Shown: positions 1-13,454, counted from the stretch's first letter. The stretch: 64,000 nt of DNA from Hemitrygon akajei (GCF_048418815.1 NC_133154.1:324043-388042); one strand, 5' to 3'. Notes: a model not told the origin generated them from the letters alone. Numbers and translations are program-made.

Positions 1-20
1 ACCATTTCAAGAGGCTCATC

Positions 21-1095
21 ATGAGGCACATCAATACCCGGCTGCCCCCCTCACTGGACCCCCCACAGTTCACGTACCGTCCCAACCGTTCAACAGACGA
101 TGCCATTGCCATCACCCTCCACCTGTCCCTCTCCCACCTGGACAAAAAAGATGTATGTTCGAATGCTGTTCATAGACTTCAGTTCAGCATTCAACACAAT
201 CATTCCTCAGCACCTGATTGGAAAGCTGAGCCTGCTGGGCCTGAACACCTCCCTCTGCAACTGGATCCTAGACTTTCTGACTGGAAGACCTCAGTCAGTC
301 CAGATCGGGAGCAGCATCTCCAACACTATCACACTGAGCACGGGGGCCCCCCAGGGCTGTGTGCTCAGTCCACTGCTGTTCACTCTGCTGACCCACGACT
401 GTGCTGCAACACACAGCTAAAACCACATCATCAAGTTTGCCGATGACACAACCGTGGTGGGTCTCATCAGCAAGAACAATGAGTCAGCATACAGAGAGGA
501 GGTGCAGCAGCTAATGGACTGGTGCAGAGCCAACAACCAGTCTCTGAATGTGAACAAGACAAAAGAGATGGTTGTTGACTTCAGGAGGGCACAGAGCGAC
601 CACTCTCCGCTGAACATTGATGGCTCCTCGGTAGAGATCGTTAAGAGCACCAAATTTCTTGGTGTTCACCTGGCAGAGAATCTCACCTGGTCCCTCAACA
701 CCAGCTCCATAGCAAAGAAAGCCCAGCAGTGTCCCTACTTTCTGCAAAGGCTGAGGAAAGTCCATCTCCCACCACCCATCCCCACCACATTCTACAGAGG
801 GTGTATTGAGAGCATCCTGAGCAGCTGCATCACTGCCTGGTTTGGAAACAGCACCATCTCGGATCGCAAGACCCTGCAGCAGATAGTGAGGTCAGCTGAG
901 AAGATCATCAGGGTCTCTCTTCCTGCCATTACAAACGTTTACACCACACGCTGTATCTGCAAAGCAAACAGCATTATGAAGGACCCCACGCACCCCTCAT
1001 ACAAACTCTTCTCCCTCCTGCCATCTGGGAAAAGGCACCGAAGCATTAGGGCTCTCACAACCAGACTATGTAACAGTTTCTTCCCCCAAGTTTTC
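21..1095 (+). mobile_element. Non-LTR retrotransposon, family B: reverse transcriptase fragment, degenerate with an in-frame stop near position 417
   Basis: Plus-strand ORFs encode [20 protein letters not shown]...[22 protein letters not shown]...[12 protein letters not shown]...KTKEMVVDFRR...KFLGV...[15 protein letters not shown]...SILSSCITAWFGNSTISDRKTLQQIVRSAEKII...LFSLLPSGKRHRSIRALTTRLCNSFFPQ. Confidence 0.8.
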
Positions 1096-1600
1096 TTCTC
1101 TGATTTCACACCATCATTGCTCTCTGATCTCTCACCACAGACACTGACCAATCTCACACCATTGGTACGGTCCAATTTCACATCATCAACACTGTCCAAT
1201 CTCACACCATCAACACTGCCTGATCACATGCCATCAACACTGTCCGATCTTACTCCATCAACACTATCCAATCTCACAACATCAACGACGTCCATTCTCA
1301 CACCACCAACACTGTCCGGTCTCACACCATCAACATTGACCAGTCTCACACCATCAACACAATCCGATCTCACACCATCAAAACTATCTGATCTCACACC
1401 ATCAACACTGTCTGATCTGACTCCATTAACATTCTCTGATTTCACACCATCAATGCTCTCTCATCTCACACCACAGACACTGACTGATCACATACCATCA
1501 TCAGTGTCCGAATTCACATCATCAACATTACCTGATCTCATACCATCAATGTTGCCCGATCTCACTCCATCAACACATTTTCTCACCATTTACCCAGCAC
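1095..1600. repeat. Minisatellite: 30-bp unit (ctcacaccatcaacactgtccgatctcaca) repeated about 17 times
   Basis: Direct reading of the sequence. Because the unit length is a multiple of three, it is translated as the LTPSTLSDLTPSTLSNLT... read-through in the 388-aa six-frame ORF. Confidence 0.9.
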
Positions 1601-1859
1601 TATCCCCTCTGCTCCATTAGGCAAGTTTTAATCATACAGCAGGAGATAGTTGTCCACAGCTATCCATCCAGTCTAGCCTTCATATATTTTCATTAACTCC
1701 TCCCCTATAACACCACCCCTGACCTGTGGCCTCCCATTCTTGTTCTGTATTAAGTGTTGACCTTTACTCCTGACTTGTGGCTCCCTGCCCTCCAGAATAG
1801 CTTAATGGCATTTGGGATAGCTAAGTCCCTATGGCGAGGCAGTATACACTCTGGTTACT

Positions 1860-3600
1860 ATGGGAAGTGAAAGAAGAGATTGCTGAGCTGTTAGCAATAT
1901 CTTTGCATCATCACTCAATGCAGGTGTAGTACCAGGTGATTGGAGGAGGGCAAATGTTATTTCTTTGTTCGAGAAAGTCAGTAGGGATATCCCTGGGAAT
2001 TATAAACCAGTGAGAATCCCTCAGTGGTGAGCAAATTACTGGATAGGATTCTTAGAGACATGATTGATAGGAATTTGGAGAAGCATATTAGGGATCATTA
2101 GCACGGCTTTGTTATGAGCAGGTCATGTCTCACAATACCTGAATGAATTCTTCTGAGATGTGACAAAGCACATTGATGAAGCTGGAGCAGTGGATGGGAT
2201 GTATATGGATTTTGTAAGGTGTTTGGTAAGGTTCCTCATGTTGGGGAGGTGGGGTCTCATTCAGAATGTCAGGAGGCTTGGGATCCAGGGAAACCTGGCT
2301 GTGTGGATTCAGAATTAGCTTGCCTTCAGAAGGCAAAAGTTGGGGGGAGGTATTAGATTTTATCTGGAGGCTAATGACCAGTGATATTCTACAGAGATCT
2401 GTTCTGGGGTCTCTGCTCTTAGTGATTGCTATAAATGGCTTGGATGAGCAAGAAGGGTGCGTTAGAAAGTTTGGAGATGACATGAAGGTTGACGGAATTG
2501 CGGATCATGTTAAAGTTGTCGTAGATTACAATAGGATGCTGACAGGATGCAAAGCTGGGAGAAGTGGCAGATGGAGTTCAACCCAGAAAAGTGTAAATGG
2601 TTCACTTTAGAAGGTGAAATTTGAAGGCAGAATACAGGGTTAATGGCAAGATTCCTAGTAGAGTAATGGAACAGAGGGATCTTGGGTCCATGTACATAGA
2701 TCCCTCAAAGCTGCCATGCAAGTTGATAGGGTGTTTAAGAAGATGTATGGTGAGTTGGTCTTCATTAGTCAGGGGATTGAGTTCAAGAGCCATGAGGTAA
2801 CGTTGCAGCTCTTTAAAATGCTGCATAGACCACACTTGGAATATTGTGCTCAGTTTTGGTTGCCTCATAAGAGGAATGTGTAAGCTTTAGAGAGGGTGCA
2901 GAGGAGATTTACCAGGATGCTGCCTGGATTACACAACATGTCTTATAAGGATAGGCTGAGTGAGTTAGGGCGTTTCTCTTTTGAGAGAAGGAGGATGAGA
3001 GCTGTACAAGATGGTAAGATCGAATGGACAGCCAGAGGCATGTTCCCATGACAGAAATGGCTAATACATGGGTGCTTTTAAGATAATTGGAGGAAAGTAA
3101 AGGGAGGATGTCAGAGAATAGTGGGTGCATGGAACACCATGTCATGGGTGGTTGTAGATATATTAGACACACTTAAGAAATTTGCATAGGTATTTAGATG
3201 ATAAAAAATGGCTATGTATGGGAGAAGGGTTAGACTGATCTTAGGAAAAAGGGTTGGCATGTCATGAGACAAAGACCCTGTGCTGTGCCGTAATGTTCTA
3301 TATCCATTCAGGGAATTGAATTCAACAGCCACAAGGTAATGCTGCAGCTCTATAAAACCCTTCTTAGGCCACACTTGGAATATGAGAGATTGTTTGGGTA
3401 TGCAAGATAAGAAGCATAGATAAGAGTGGGCAGCTTGCAACTTTCTCCCAGGATGGAAATGGCTAATACAAGAGGGCATAATTTTAAGGTGATTGGAGGA
3501 AAGTATAGAGGGGATGTCAGAAGTAAGTTTTGTTACAGAGTGGTGGGTAAGAGGAACGTACTGCCAGGGGTCCATGGGTGGTGTTAGAAACAGATACATT
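1860..3600 (+). mobile_element. Heavily degenerated CR1-like LINE remnants: an RT core plus two C-terminal-tail fragments
   Basis: Frameshifted matches to EDWRVANVVPLFKKGSRD..GNYRPVSL, to SQHGFVKGRSC...VDVVYMDFSKAF, and twice to IEFNSHKVMLQLYKTLLRPHLEY...RGDV. Confidence 0.6.
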
Positions 3601-3610
3601 AGGGATGTTC

Positions 3611-3632
3611 AAGATAGATAGATAGATAGATA
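3611..3632. repeat. (GATA)n microsatellite
   Basis: The sequence gatagatagatagatagatag, lying at the 3' end of the minus-strand LINE B copy. Confidence 0.9.
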
Positions 3633-3794
3633 CTTTATTCATCCCCATGGGGAAATTCAACTTTTTTTCCAATGTCCCATACACTTGTTGTAGCAAAACT
3701 AATTACATACAATACTTAACTCTGTAAAAAAAAAATATGATATGCATCTAAATCACCGTCTCAAAAAGCATTAATAATAGCTTTTAAAAAGTTC

Positions 3795-4985
3795 TTAAGT
3801 CCTGGCGGTAGAATTGTAAAGCCTAATGGCATTGGGGAGTATTGACCTCTTCATCCTGTCTGAGGAGCATTGCATCGATAGTAACCTGTCACTGAAACTG
3901 CTTCTCTGTCTCTGGATGGTGCTATGTAGAGGATGTTCAGAGTTATCCATAATTGACCGTAGCCTACTCAGCGCCCTTTGCTCAGCTACCGATGTTAAAC
4001 TCTCCAGTACTTTGCCCACGACAGAGCCCGCCTTCCTTACCAGCTTATTAAGACGTGAGGCGTCCCTCTTCTTAATGCTTCCTCCCCAACACGCCACCAC
4101 AAAGAAGAGGGCGCTCTCCACAACTGACCTATAGAACATCTTCAGCATCTCACTACAGACATTGAATGACGCCAACCTTCTTAGGAAGTACAGTCGACTC
4201 TGTGCCTTCCTGCACAAGGCATCTGTGTTGGCAGTCCAGTCAAGCTTCTCGTCTAACTGTACTCCCAGATACTTGTAGGTCTTAACCTGCTCCACACGTT
4301 CTCCATTAATGATCACTGGCTCCATATGGGGCCTAGATCTCCTAAAGTCCACCACCATCTCCTTGGTCTTGGTGATATTGAGACGCAGGTAGTTTGAGTT
4401 GCACCATATCACAAAGTCCTGTATCAGTTTCCTATACTCCTCCTCCTGTCCATTCCTGACACACCCCACTATGGCCGTGTCATCAGCGAACTTCTGCACA
4501 TGGCAGGACTCTGAGTTATATTGGAAGTCTGATGTGTACAGGGTGAACAGGACCGGAGAGAGTACGGTTCCCTGCGGCGCCCCTGTGCTGCTGACCACCG
4601 TGTCAGACCTACAGTCTCCCAACCGCACATACTGAGGTCTATCTGTCAAGTAGTCCACTATCCAATCCACCATGTGAGAGTCTACTCCCATCTCCGTTAG
4701 TTTGTGCCTTAAGATCTTGGGCTGGATGGTGTTAAAGGCACTAGAGAAGTCAAGGAATGTAATCCTCACAGCACAACTGACCCCCTCTAGGTGAGAGAGT
4801 GATTTGTGCAGCAAATACGTGATAGCATCCTCCACTCCCACCTTCTCCTTATACGCAAACTGAAGAGGATCCTGGGCGTGCCTGGTTTGTGGCCTCAGAT
4901 TCTGTATTATCAGCCGCTCCATGGTCTTCATCACGTGCGACGTCAAGGCAACAGACGTCAAGAGACTCTTAGTTAGAAACATGGA
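3795..4985 (-). mobile_element. Non-LTR retrotransposon, family B: RT C-terminal portion with an intact 395-aa ORF
   Basis: Encodes [20 protein letters not shown]...STGAPQGTVLSPVLFTLYTSDF...KFADDTAIVGCV...ITKTKEMVVDFRR...YKYLGVQLDEKLDW...RKAQSRLYFLRRL...MFYRSVVESALFFVVACWGGS...RLNKLVRKAGSVVG...ILPNAIRLYNS. Confidence 0.85.
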
Positions 4986-5629
4986 TGAAAGAAAAATGGA
5001 TGCTATGTGGAAATGAAGGAATAGATTGATTGTGGAGTAGTTTAAAAGGTCATTGTAGGCTTAAAGCCCTGGACTATGCTGTACTAGTCTACATTCTCTG
5101 TAACCTGTGACCCTTGACCTGCCACAGACTGAGAGACTGCAATATGTCCAGTATTGCTTTACCTGGGATTATATGATATTGAATGTTACCACATAGGTCA
5201 GAGTTCAGTGGGATTGCCCTGCATCATAGAACTCCAGGTAAGGGCAGAGATTAGGGTTCAAGGTCAAACAGCCAACAAACTAGGGTGATACAGGGCAATA
5301 TCATTGAACCCTGAGCTCCAGGGTTATACTATGTTAACTGCAACCTAGCATGAGAAAGCCACATCTTTGTCCTACGAATTATATGGCATGCTCTGCTACT
5401 CGGTGACTTCTGACCAGTGACCTTGTGTGGCCATCAGAGTGAATGGAGAGAGGGTTGGAGAGATGAAATGGGGGAGAAAGAGAGGGGGAAAGAGGGGGTG
5501 CAGAATGAGGGGAAATAGATGGTTAAGAGAGGTATTAGAGAGAGGAGGGAAAAATAGACACTGAGGGTCAAGGTGCGTGTACCAGGGGTCACAGCCTGGA
5601 CTTAGCAACAGGGTCAGGGGTCAGAGGGC

Positions 5630-6310
5630 GACCTCACTCACCACCGCCTCCAGCTACGCATGAGCAGTGACGATCCCCACAAACCTTCCTCCCCATTGGC
5701 CCGCGCTCGACACGCCCACAGCCTTACTCAACCATCAATTTAAAGCGCTGCACGAGCAGGACTCGCCCCCGGCTTCCCACTCCATTGGTCGTGTTGCTAC
5801 CTCGCGCCAGTTGAACGCAATTGTCTCCTGTTGATTGTCCCGCCCTCCGTACATTCTCATTGGTCCCTATTGGAACCGTCCACCAATCAATCCATTGCTA
5901 TTCGCAGGACTCGCCTTCTTAACTACCCCATTGATCAGGCGATTGTCCCTCCCTTCTCCGAACCGCATTGGTCTGTGCTAGACGCCTGGTCCCATCAATC
6001 ACACGCACTCCGTGCGAAGCCGTACCCGACCTCCTCACAATTCCATTGGCTCCCACTAGTTCCGTCCTCCAATCCAAGTATGCGGCACCTTGCAGGACCC
6101 GCTCCTACGTGATCGCGCGTACCCAATCGTCCTCTCCCCCACTTGACAACGCCGAAGACAGACATCTCATCCGCGACCGCGCGCCCAATCGCCTTTTCGT
6201 CCTGATTGGCCGTCGCCGACCACCAGTTCGAGATCTCGACGAATAGGTGAAAGGAGGGGCCGGTCTCCCCAGGCGTCTCGGTGCTACCTCGTTGGTCCAA
6301 TTGTGTGGTA
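5630..6310. promoter_or_regulatory. CpG-rich, repeat-free region carrying about 12 CCAAT/ATTGG motifs. It is a candidate NF-Y-type promoter or a degenerate ~50-60-bp tandem array. No adjacent exon was identified.
   Basis: Repeated cNcattggNc motifs at intervals of roughly 45-65 bp (ccccattggcc, ctccattggtc, ctcattggtcc, ctattggaacc, ccaccaatcaatcc, ccgcattggtc, cccatcaatc, ttccattggctc, cctgattggcc, cgttggtccaattg). CpG density is high, including gcgcgcgtaccc and cgcgcgcccaatcgcc. Confidence 0.35.
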
Positions 6311-7299
6311 TGAATAATTGAGTTGGTTTTCCCTTTCTTCGAACGCTGACCGACCTCATGGATGTTTTCAGCATTACCTGGTTTGTAGTCCAAACTCGAA
6401 GGTCGACTTTATTTCCCTCCCCTCAGACGCTGACCGACCTGAATGTTGTTCCCACCCACTTCCCTTGGGTTGTTGGAGATCTTGAACAATGAGAACCCAT
6501 TTTTGCCATTAGATGCTGCCGGATTTGATGTGTGTTTCAATCCACTTCACTGGGTTTATTCTAGATCCAACTGGCCAATACTATGTGTCTTATGATACTA
6601 TGACACCTCAGATGCTGTCCTTATACCTGAGTTTGTTCAAGATCACAAGACAAAGGAGCAGAAGTAGGCCATTCGGCCCATCAAGTCTGCTCCGCTACTC
6701 CACCATGAGCTAAACTGTTCTTAGAATTGTAGAATTTATTTCCCTCCATTCACCTTGCACCCATTTCCTTGTGGCCCCTGTTTCCCTCCCTCAGGCACTG
6801 ACTGGCAGTTTAACTATTTGACCTCCTTCTCTGGTGTTATACTAGATATTAAATGTCAACCGTGTTTCCCTACCCTCAGACACTGAGCAAACTTGCATAT
6901 TGCCACACACTTCCCTGGGGTTATTCTAGAACACAATTTGGGGTCTCTTGAGTTATTAAAGCCACACTCACTCAGCAAACTGGGGAGTGTCCCATCAAAG
7001 CCCTGAGTAATGTGGATGCTGTGTTCATGGGCTAACCCCATCCAGGGAAGTGGGGAGTATTCCACCATACTCCTAATCTGTAGACAGGGGATAAGTAATG
7101 TAGCAGATATTGAGTGAATAGTCTAGGCCGGGAGAGAATCACCCTTCGCTGGATCCCCACCCTTGGACCTGCACTTGTTAGTCTAGTTAAGTTGGAGGAT
7201 AGATCACACTCCAGGATGTTGACCAGTGAGTGACTCACCTCCAGTATCAAATGTGGGGAATGTTCCTTAGAAATCTGGTAGCCTATGCTCCCAATCCCT

Positions 7300-8340
7300 T
7301 TTGTACAAGATGACAGTGAGGCTGCACTTGGAGTATAGTGTTCAGTTTGGTCATCCTGCCGTAGGGAAGATCCTGCCATTAAAGAAGAAAGAAGTGCAGA
7401 GGAGATTTTGGAAGATACAGTGGCAACATTTGAGAGGACTCAAGAACAGGCAAAGGTTGATGGGTATGGGTCAGGTTGTGTTTCACAAGCTTGACTTTGT
7501 TTTTTAAGGAGGTGACAAAACAGATTGATGAAGGCAGAATGGTGGGTGTGGTGTATTTAGATTTTAGTAAGAAGTTTGAAAAGGCTCATCATGGAAGGTT
7601 CATCCATAAAGCCAAGAAGCATGGGATCCAATGAAACCTAGCTGCAAAGATTTGGAAGAAGGCAGATCAGCATATTCTGCCAGGAGGTTGATGACATTGA
7701 TAGGATACAGAGCTGGGTTGAGAAGTTGCAGCTGGAGTTCAATCTGAAAAAGTATGATCCAAACGGATCAAATTTCATGACACATGCCGGTGATAATAAA
7801 CCTGATTCTGACATGATTCACTTTAAAATTTCAAACAAGTTTAATGGCAGAATTCTTAGCATTGTGGAGAATGGAGGGATCTTGGGGTCCACATTCTTTA
7901 GATCCCTCAAAGTTGCCACATAAGTTGATAAAGTGGTTAAGAAGGCCTATGGTGTGTTGGGCTGTCATTAGTTGCAGGATTGAGTTCGAGAGTCACGAGG
8001 TAATATTGCAGCACTGTAAAACTGAAAGTACTGTATGTATTCAATTCTTATTGCCTCCTTTTAGAAAAGATGTGGAAACTTTGGAGAGGGTTCAGAGATT
8101 TACCAGGATGCTGCCTGGATTAGAGACTATGTTTTTATGAGAAAAGATAGAGCGAGATAGGATTTTTCTCTTTGAGGGGAGGAGGATGAGAGACAACTTG
8201 ATAGAATTATATAAGATGAAGAGCCATAAATAGAGTAGAGAGCCATTAACTTTTTCCTAGGGTGGCAATAGCCAATGCCGGAGGACATCCATTTCCGGAG
8301 GAAAGCAGTACAAGTTATGTGATCACTCAAGTCGAATATG
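7300..8340 (+). mobile_element. Degenerate CR1-like LINE fragment (RT C-terminus and tail)
   Basis: Frameshifted matches to KAYGVLGCH..EVILQ..., ETLERVQRFTRMLPGLE..., and RRMRDNLIELYKM. Confidence 0.55.
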
Positions 8341-8499
8341 GTGTTCTCCAAAGGGGTTGTCTATTGGTCGGTCCTCAGGTAGCTGTAGAGGCTGATCCAG
8401 GATCCACATAACCAGCTGATGCATAGGCAGCTACTCCAAGTCCTTAACAGATCAGGGTGAGGATCCAGTGGCATGGAGTACAAGATGACTGGGGACCCT

Positions 8500-8935
8500 T
8501 CACTGCCATTGTGCTGTGTCATCGTCTTCTAATAGATCTAATAGAAGGATGAGAGGGGATCTAATTGAAACATATAAGATTATTAAGGGATTGCACATGC
8601 TAGAGGCAGGAAACATGTTCCCGATGCTGGGGGAGTCGAGAACCAGAGGCCACAGTTTAAGAATAAGGGGTAGGCCATTTAGAAAGGACTTGAAGAAAAG
8701 CTTTTTCACCCAGAGAGTTGTGAATCTCTGTGCCTCAGAAGGCAGTGGAGGCCAATTCTCTAGATGCTTTCAAGAAAGAGTTAGATAGAGCTCTTAAAGA
8801 TAGAGGAGTCAAGAGATATGGGGAGAAGGCAGGAACAGGGTACTGATTGTGGATGATCAGCCATGATCACATTGAATGGCAGTGCTGGCTCAAAGGGCCG
8901 AATGGCCTACTCCTGCACCTATTGTCTATTATCCA
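8500..8935 (+). mobile_element. CR1-like LINE 3' end: tail domain plus the conserved 3'UTR
   Basis: Encodes RRMRGDLIETYKIIKGLHMLEAGNMFPMLGESRTRGHSLRIRGRPFRKDLKKSFFTQRVVNL. The 3'UTR reads ...gatcagccatgatcacattgaatggcagtgctggctcaaagggccgaatggcctactcctgcacctattgtctat. Confidence 0.85.
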
Positions 8936-9379
8936 CCATTGAGGTCTTAGTTGGAAGAAAGTTTAGGAGGATGTCAGAGATAAGATTTTTTTAAAAACAC
9001 AGAATGTGGTAAGTGTGAGGAATGTTCTGCCAAGTGTAGTGGTAAAGGTAGATACTTCAACCAGATTCAGATTCATTTATTTACCACGTGTACATCAAAG
9101 CATACAGTGAAATGTGTCTCTTACATTAACTCAAGGATGCACTGGGGCAGCCTGCAAGTGTCACAACATATTCCAATGGTAACATAGCATGTCCACAATG
9201 CAGACTAGGGCTATTTTAGTTAGCAACATGGATATAAGGAAAATGAAGAGCTACAAGTTTTACAGGATGAAAAGGTTAGATTAATGGTGGAGTGGGTTTA
9301 ACTAGGTCAGCACAACATCATGGGCTGAAGGGCCATTACTGCACTGTGCTAAATTCTAGGGTAGGACCACTCAAAGATA

Positions 9380-11400
9380 AAGGAGGGAAATGTGCTTGGA
9401 TGTATCCTCCAAGAATACTTTGCATCAGTACTTACCAAAGTGATGGACATAAAGGATAGGGCGATCAGTATCTAGTGTGTTAATACACTAGGTCATTTGA
9501 GATTAAGAAAGATGTGGTGTTTGATCTCTTGGAAAAAACTGAGGTGGATAAGACCCCAGGAGCAAATGGGATACAACCCTAGTTATTGAGAGAGGCAAGA
9601 GCTGATATTGCTGGGGTCTTGATCAAAATCTTTAGAAGCAGGTGGGAACTCAGAGGATCACTGAATAGTTAATGTTATTCCATTGTTTCACAAGGGAAAT
9701 AGGGATAATCATGGATTATCTGAGTCTCACGTATAACTCAGATTTCCATCTAAACCAGTCCCATCTCTCCACATTTAGCCTATAACCCTTTCCTAATCAT
9801 TTACCCTTTCAAGTGTCTTTTAAATGTTGTTAATGTACCTATTTCTTCCATATACAGACCATTCTCTGGGTTAAAAAGTTGTCCCTCAGGTCCTTATTAA
9901 ACCTCAGTTTAAACCTGTGCCCTCTGATACTTGGGGAAAAGACTGTGCACATTCACCCAGTCTATGCCCCTCAAGGTTTATACTCCTCTGTAAGGTCACC
10001 CCTCGTCCTTCTACACTTCCAACCTGCCCAGGTGTCAGTCCAAAACATCGACCATTTCCTTCCACGGATGTTGCCTGAGCTGCTGAGTTCCTCCACCGTG
10101 AGGTGTGTGTTGCTCCAGTGTTCCAGCATCCGCGGAATCTCTTGTCTCAACCAATGGGATTCCTCTGTGTATAACTGGGATGGTGCTGAAAAACACAGGC
10201 TATTGCTGGCTGTTTTCCAGAGAAATGTTTGTGAAATATTCACATTTGGAAAAGCATAAAGAGTTTTTGAATGGTCAGCATGGCTTTGTACAAAACTTGC
10301 CTGAGTTTTTGGGGGGGGTTTGAAGGTGATTGATGAAGGTGGGGCAGCGAATGTAGCCTACATGTACATTAGAAAGCCAGTTAACAAAGGCCTCTCATGG
10401 GAGGCTTATCCAGAAAGTTAAAATGTATGGGATTCACAGTGAATTAGTTGTCTGGATTCAGAATTGGCTTCTCCATGGAAGACACTGAGTAATATCAATG
10501 GGACTTATTCTACCTGGAGGTCTACCTGGGGTTCCACAGGGAACCAGCAGGTACCTCAGCTGTTTTTGAGAGATAGAAATGGCCTGATGAAAACATGGGT
10601 GGATGGATAGTAAGTCTGCAGATGATACAAGGATTGATGAAGCTGGGGACAGCGTAGAAGTTTGTCAAAGGATACAGCAGGATATACTGTAAATCAGTAG
10701 CAGACACAGGCAGAGAATTGGCAAATAGAGTTTATCTAGGCAAGTGTGAGAGGTTACACTTTGAGGTGTTAAATGTAAAGGGACAGGACAGAGTTAATGG
10801 CAGGAATCTTAACAATACTGATGTACAGAGGAATCTTGCAGTCAAGTCCACCGCTCCCTGAAATTGGCCGAACAGATTAAAAAAAGGGTGTGCGTGTACT
10901 TGCCATTGTTAGTCAAGGCATTGAGTTCAAGAGTCAGGATGTTATGTTGCTGTTTTCTAGAACTCTGGTTAGGCCAATTCTAGAGTATTACATTAATTTC
11001 TGGTTGCCCCATTACAGGAAGGGTGAGGGCCTTTGAAGAGGGTGCAGAAGAGGTTCGCCAGGATGCTGTCTGGAGTGGCAGAGGCTGAAGGGATTCCTGA
11101 TAGAGGTTTATAAGATTATGAGAGGCACAGATAACAGTAGCGAGCTGGTATATTTCCCCTATGGTGGAAATGTTTAATACCAGAGGGCATGCATTTAAGG
11201 TGAGAAGGGAGGAAGTTTGAGGGAAATGTTCAGGGCAAGTTTATTTTGCGTAGGTGCTTAGAATTTTCTGCCAGGGGTGGTGGTAGAGGCAGATACGATG
11301 GAGGTGTTTAAGAGGTTGTTAGACATGGAAAAAGATGGATATCATGTCAGCAGGAGAGACATGATAGACTGAAAGGTCTGTTCCTCTGCTGCACTGTTTG
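9380..11400 (+). mobile_element. Old, highly degenerate CR1-like LINE copy
   Basis: Scattered frameshifted matches to VDKSPGPDG, NVIPLF.KGNRD, GQHGFVQ, and an RGDLTEEYKP-type tail. Confidence 0.5.
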
Positions 11401-11959
11401 AGATTCCCATCCCATTCCCTTACTCTCTCCAAATCCCTCAACCTGCAGTCATAATTCCCTCTCTGCTGCCTTACAGAGTGCCCCTCCATTGCCCTCTGTA
11501 GCCACCTCCTCCTCCCTGCCTGCATCTTTCAGATTTACATACACAGGTCTCCTAGTGCATTCTAACATGAGGGGGACTCTACACATGGCTTCCGGTGCGG
11601 TTTAATGGGAGGGGAACACCGCACATGGCTCCTGGTGCAGTCTAAGAAGAGGGGAACCCAAACAGCAGAGTGTCATGTGATGGAAGACTCATCTCTCATT
11701 TGTAAGTGGCATTTATTTATGCAGAGACAACCCCACTTCATCCACCTCTCCATCCTCACTCTGCTCCTGCCTTGTCTGCGCTGATTAGCGGCATTCCCAA
11801 CATGCCTTTGGCAGTGGCGAAGAGGTTGACTGGTGTGGAGCCATCAGTGATCAGGGTTGAGTTCAGTCCCAGTCCCTGCAGCAGCTTAACCTGATGTGGG
11901 GACAAAGATTACAGGTCAGAGGCTGATGAGGAGGTTGCCTGGCTCCTCCAGTGGCTACT

Positions 11960-12480
11960 ACATTTTCCCATTCCACCTTCAACTTATCATCTATTCCTCT
12001 CCTTCCCTATTAACATCTCCCGCATCCCCCTCAACACCTTCCAACTTCTTCCACCTCCCTGCTTCGTCCCCTCAACTGATCTACCCATCTCCTCCCTCCC
12101 TAACCTCTCCCACAACCCCTCAACCTCTTCCCACCTTGTCTACCTCCCGTTTTGTCCCCTCAACTGATCTACCCATCTCCTCCCTCCCTAACCTCCCGCA
12201 CCCCCTCAACCTCTTCCCACCTTGTCTACCTCCCGTTTTGTCCCCTCAACTGATCTACCCATCTCCTCCCTCCCTAACCTCCCGCACCCCCTCAACCTCT
12301 TGTCACCTTCCCTGCTTCATCCCCTCAACTGATCTACCCTCCCAACCTCTCCCACACTCCCCTCACCCTCTACCCACCTTGTTCACCTCCCCTACTTTGT
12401 TCCTTCAACTGTTCTACCCATCTCCCTCCCTAACCTCTCCCATAGCTCCCTCAACCTCTTCCCACCTCATCCACCTCCCC
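11960..12480. repeat. CT-rich tandem repeat with a unit of about 84 bp (ctacctcccgttttgtcccctcaactgatctacccatctcctccctccctaacctcccgcaccccctcaacctcttcccaccttgt) repeated about 5 times
   Basis: Direct reading. It underlies the low-complexity 263-aa six-frame ORF. Confidence 0.85.
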
Positions 12481-12784
12481 TGCCCCACCCCCCACCATTC
12501 TGCCTCCCCAACCACCTCCACCTCTCTTCTCCAGAAGCCCTTTTCCTTCCCAACATCCCAGTCAATTACCAAAGGACAAAAAAATTGTTTCCCTACAACC
12601 ACTCCCCACAACATTTTGTCTGAAATATGCCACCTCTGCTTTTTAAACTGTGACACCCCCCCCCCAACTTTTCACTTCCAGTTCTAGCTTTCCCCACAAG
12701 ATGTTTGTCAGTGATGTTTCGTAGAACTGTACAGTGTAGGGACTAACCCATCCATGCCAGTCTCTCCCCACAGTCCTTGCCTGT

Positions 12785-13450
12785 CTCACTAAGACTATAA
12801 GATATAGGAGCAGAATGAGGCAATTTGGCCGCTTGAGTCTGCTCCGCCATTTCATCGCTGATCCAATTTTCCTCTCAGACCCAACCTCTTGCTTTCTCCC
12901 TGTATTCCTTCATGCCCTGACCAATCAAGAATCTATCAACAACCTCTGTCTTAAATATACCTGAAGACTTGGCCTCCACAGCTGCTTGTGGCAGAGTTCC
13001 ACAGTTCACCACTCTCTTGCTAAAAAAATTCCTCCTAATTTCTGTTCTAAAAGGACACCCCTGTGCCCTCTCCTACTATAGGAAACATCCTCTCCACATC
13101 CACTCTATCAAGGCCAAACCATTCCATAAGTTTCAATGAGATCACCTCACATTCTTCTGAATTCAAGGGAATAAATTAAAAGCACTTCATATGATAAACC
13201 ATTCAATCCTGGAATCATTTTCATGAAAATCCATTGAACCCTCTCCAGTTTCAGCACATCCTTTCTAAGATAAGGGGCCCAAAATTGCTCACAATACTCC
13301 AAGTGAGGCCTCATCAGTGCTTTATAAAGTCTCAACAATACATCCTTGCTTTTATATTCTAGTCCTTTTGAAATGAATGTTAACATTACATTTGCCTTCC
13401 TCAGCACAGACTCAACCTGTAAATTAACCTTTAGAGAATCCTGCATAAGG
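12785..13450 (-). mobile_element. CR1-like LINE 3' fragment
   Basis: Minus-strand ORF ...ESVLRKANVMLTFISKGLEYKSKDVLLRLYKALMRPHLEYCEQFWAPYLRKDVLKLERVQ... The plus strand shows the reverse complement of the conserved 3'UTR (ggccgcttgagtctgctccgccatttcatcgctgatc). Confidence 0.8.
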
Positions 13451-13454
13451 ACTC

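Noticed and set aside
454-1620. 388-aa plus-strand ORF
   Set aside because: Its first third is the tail of the LINE family B RT. The rest (LTPSTLSDLTPSTLSNLT...) is in-frame translation of the 30-bp x17 minisatellite, not a real protein.
11896-12687. 263-aa plus-strand ORF rich in P, S, L and T
   Set aside because: Translation of the 84-bp CT-rich tandem repeat. It has low complexity and no start or stop context of a gene.
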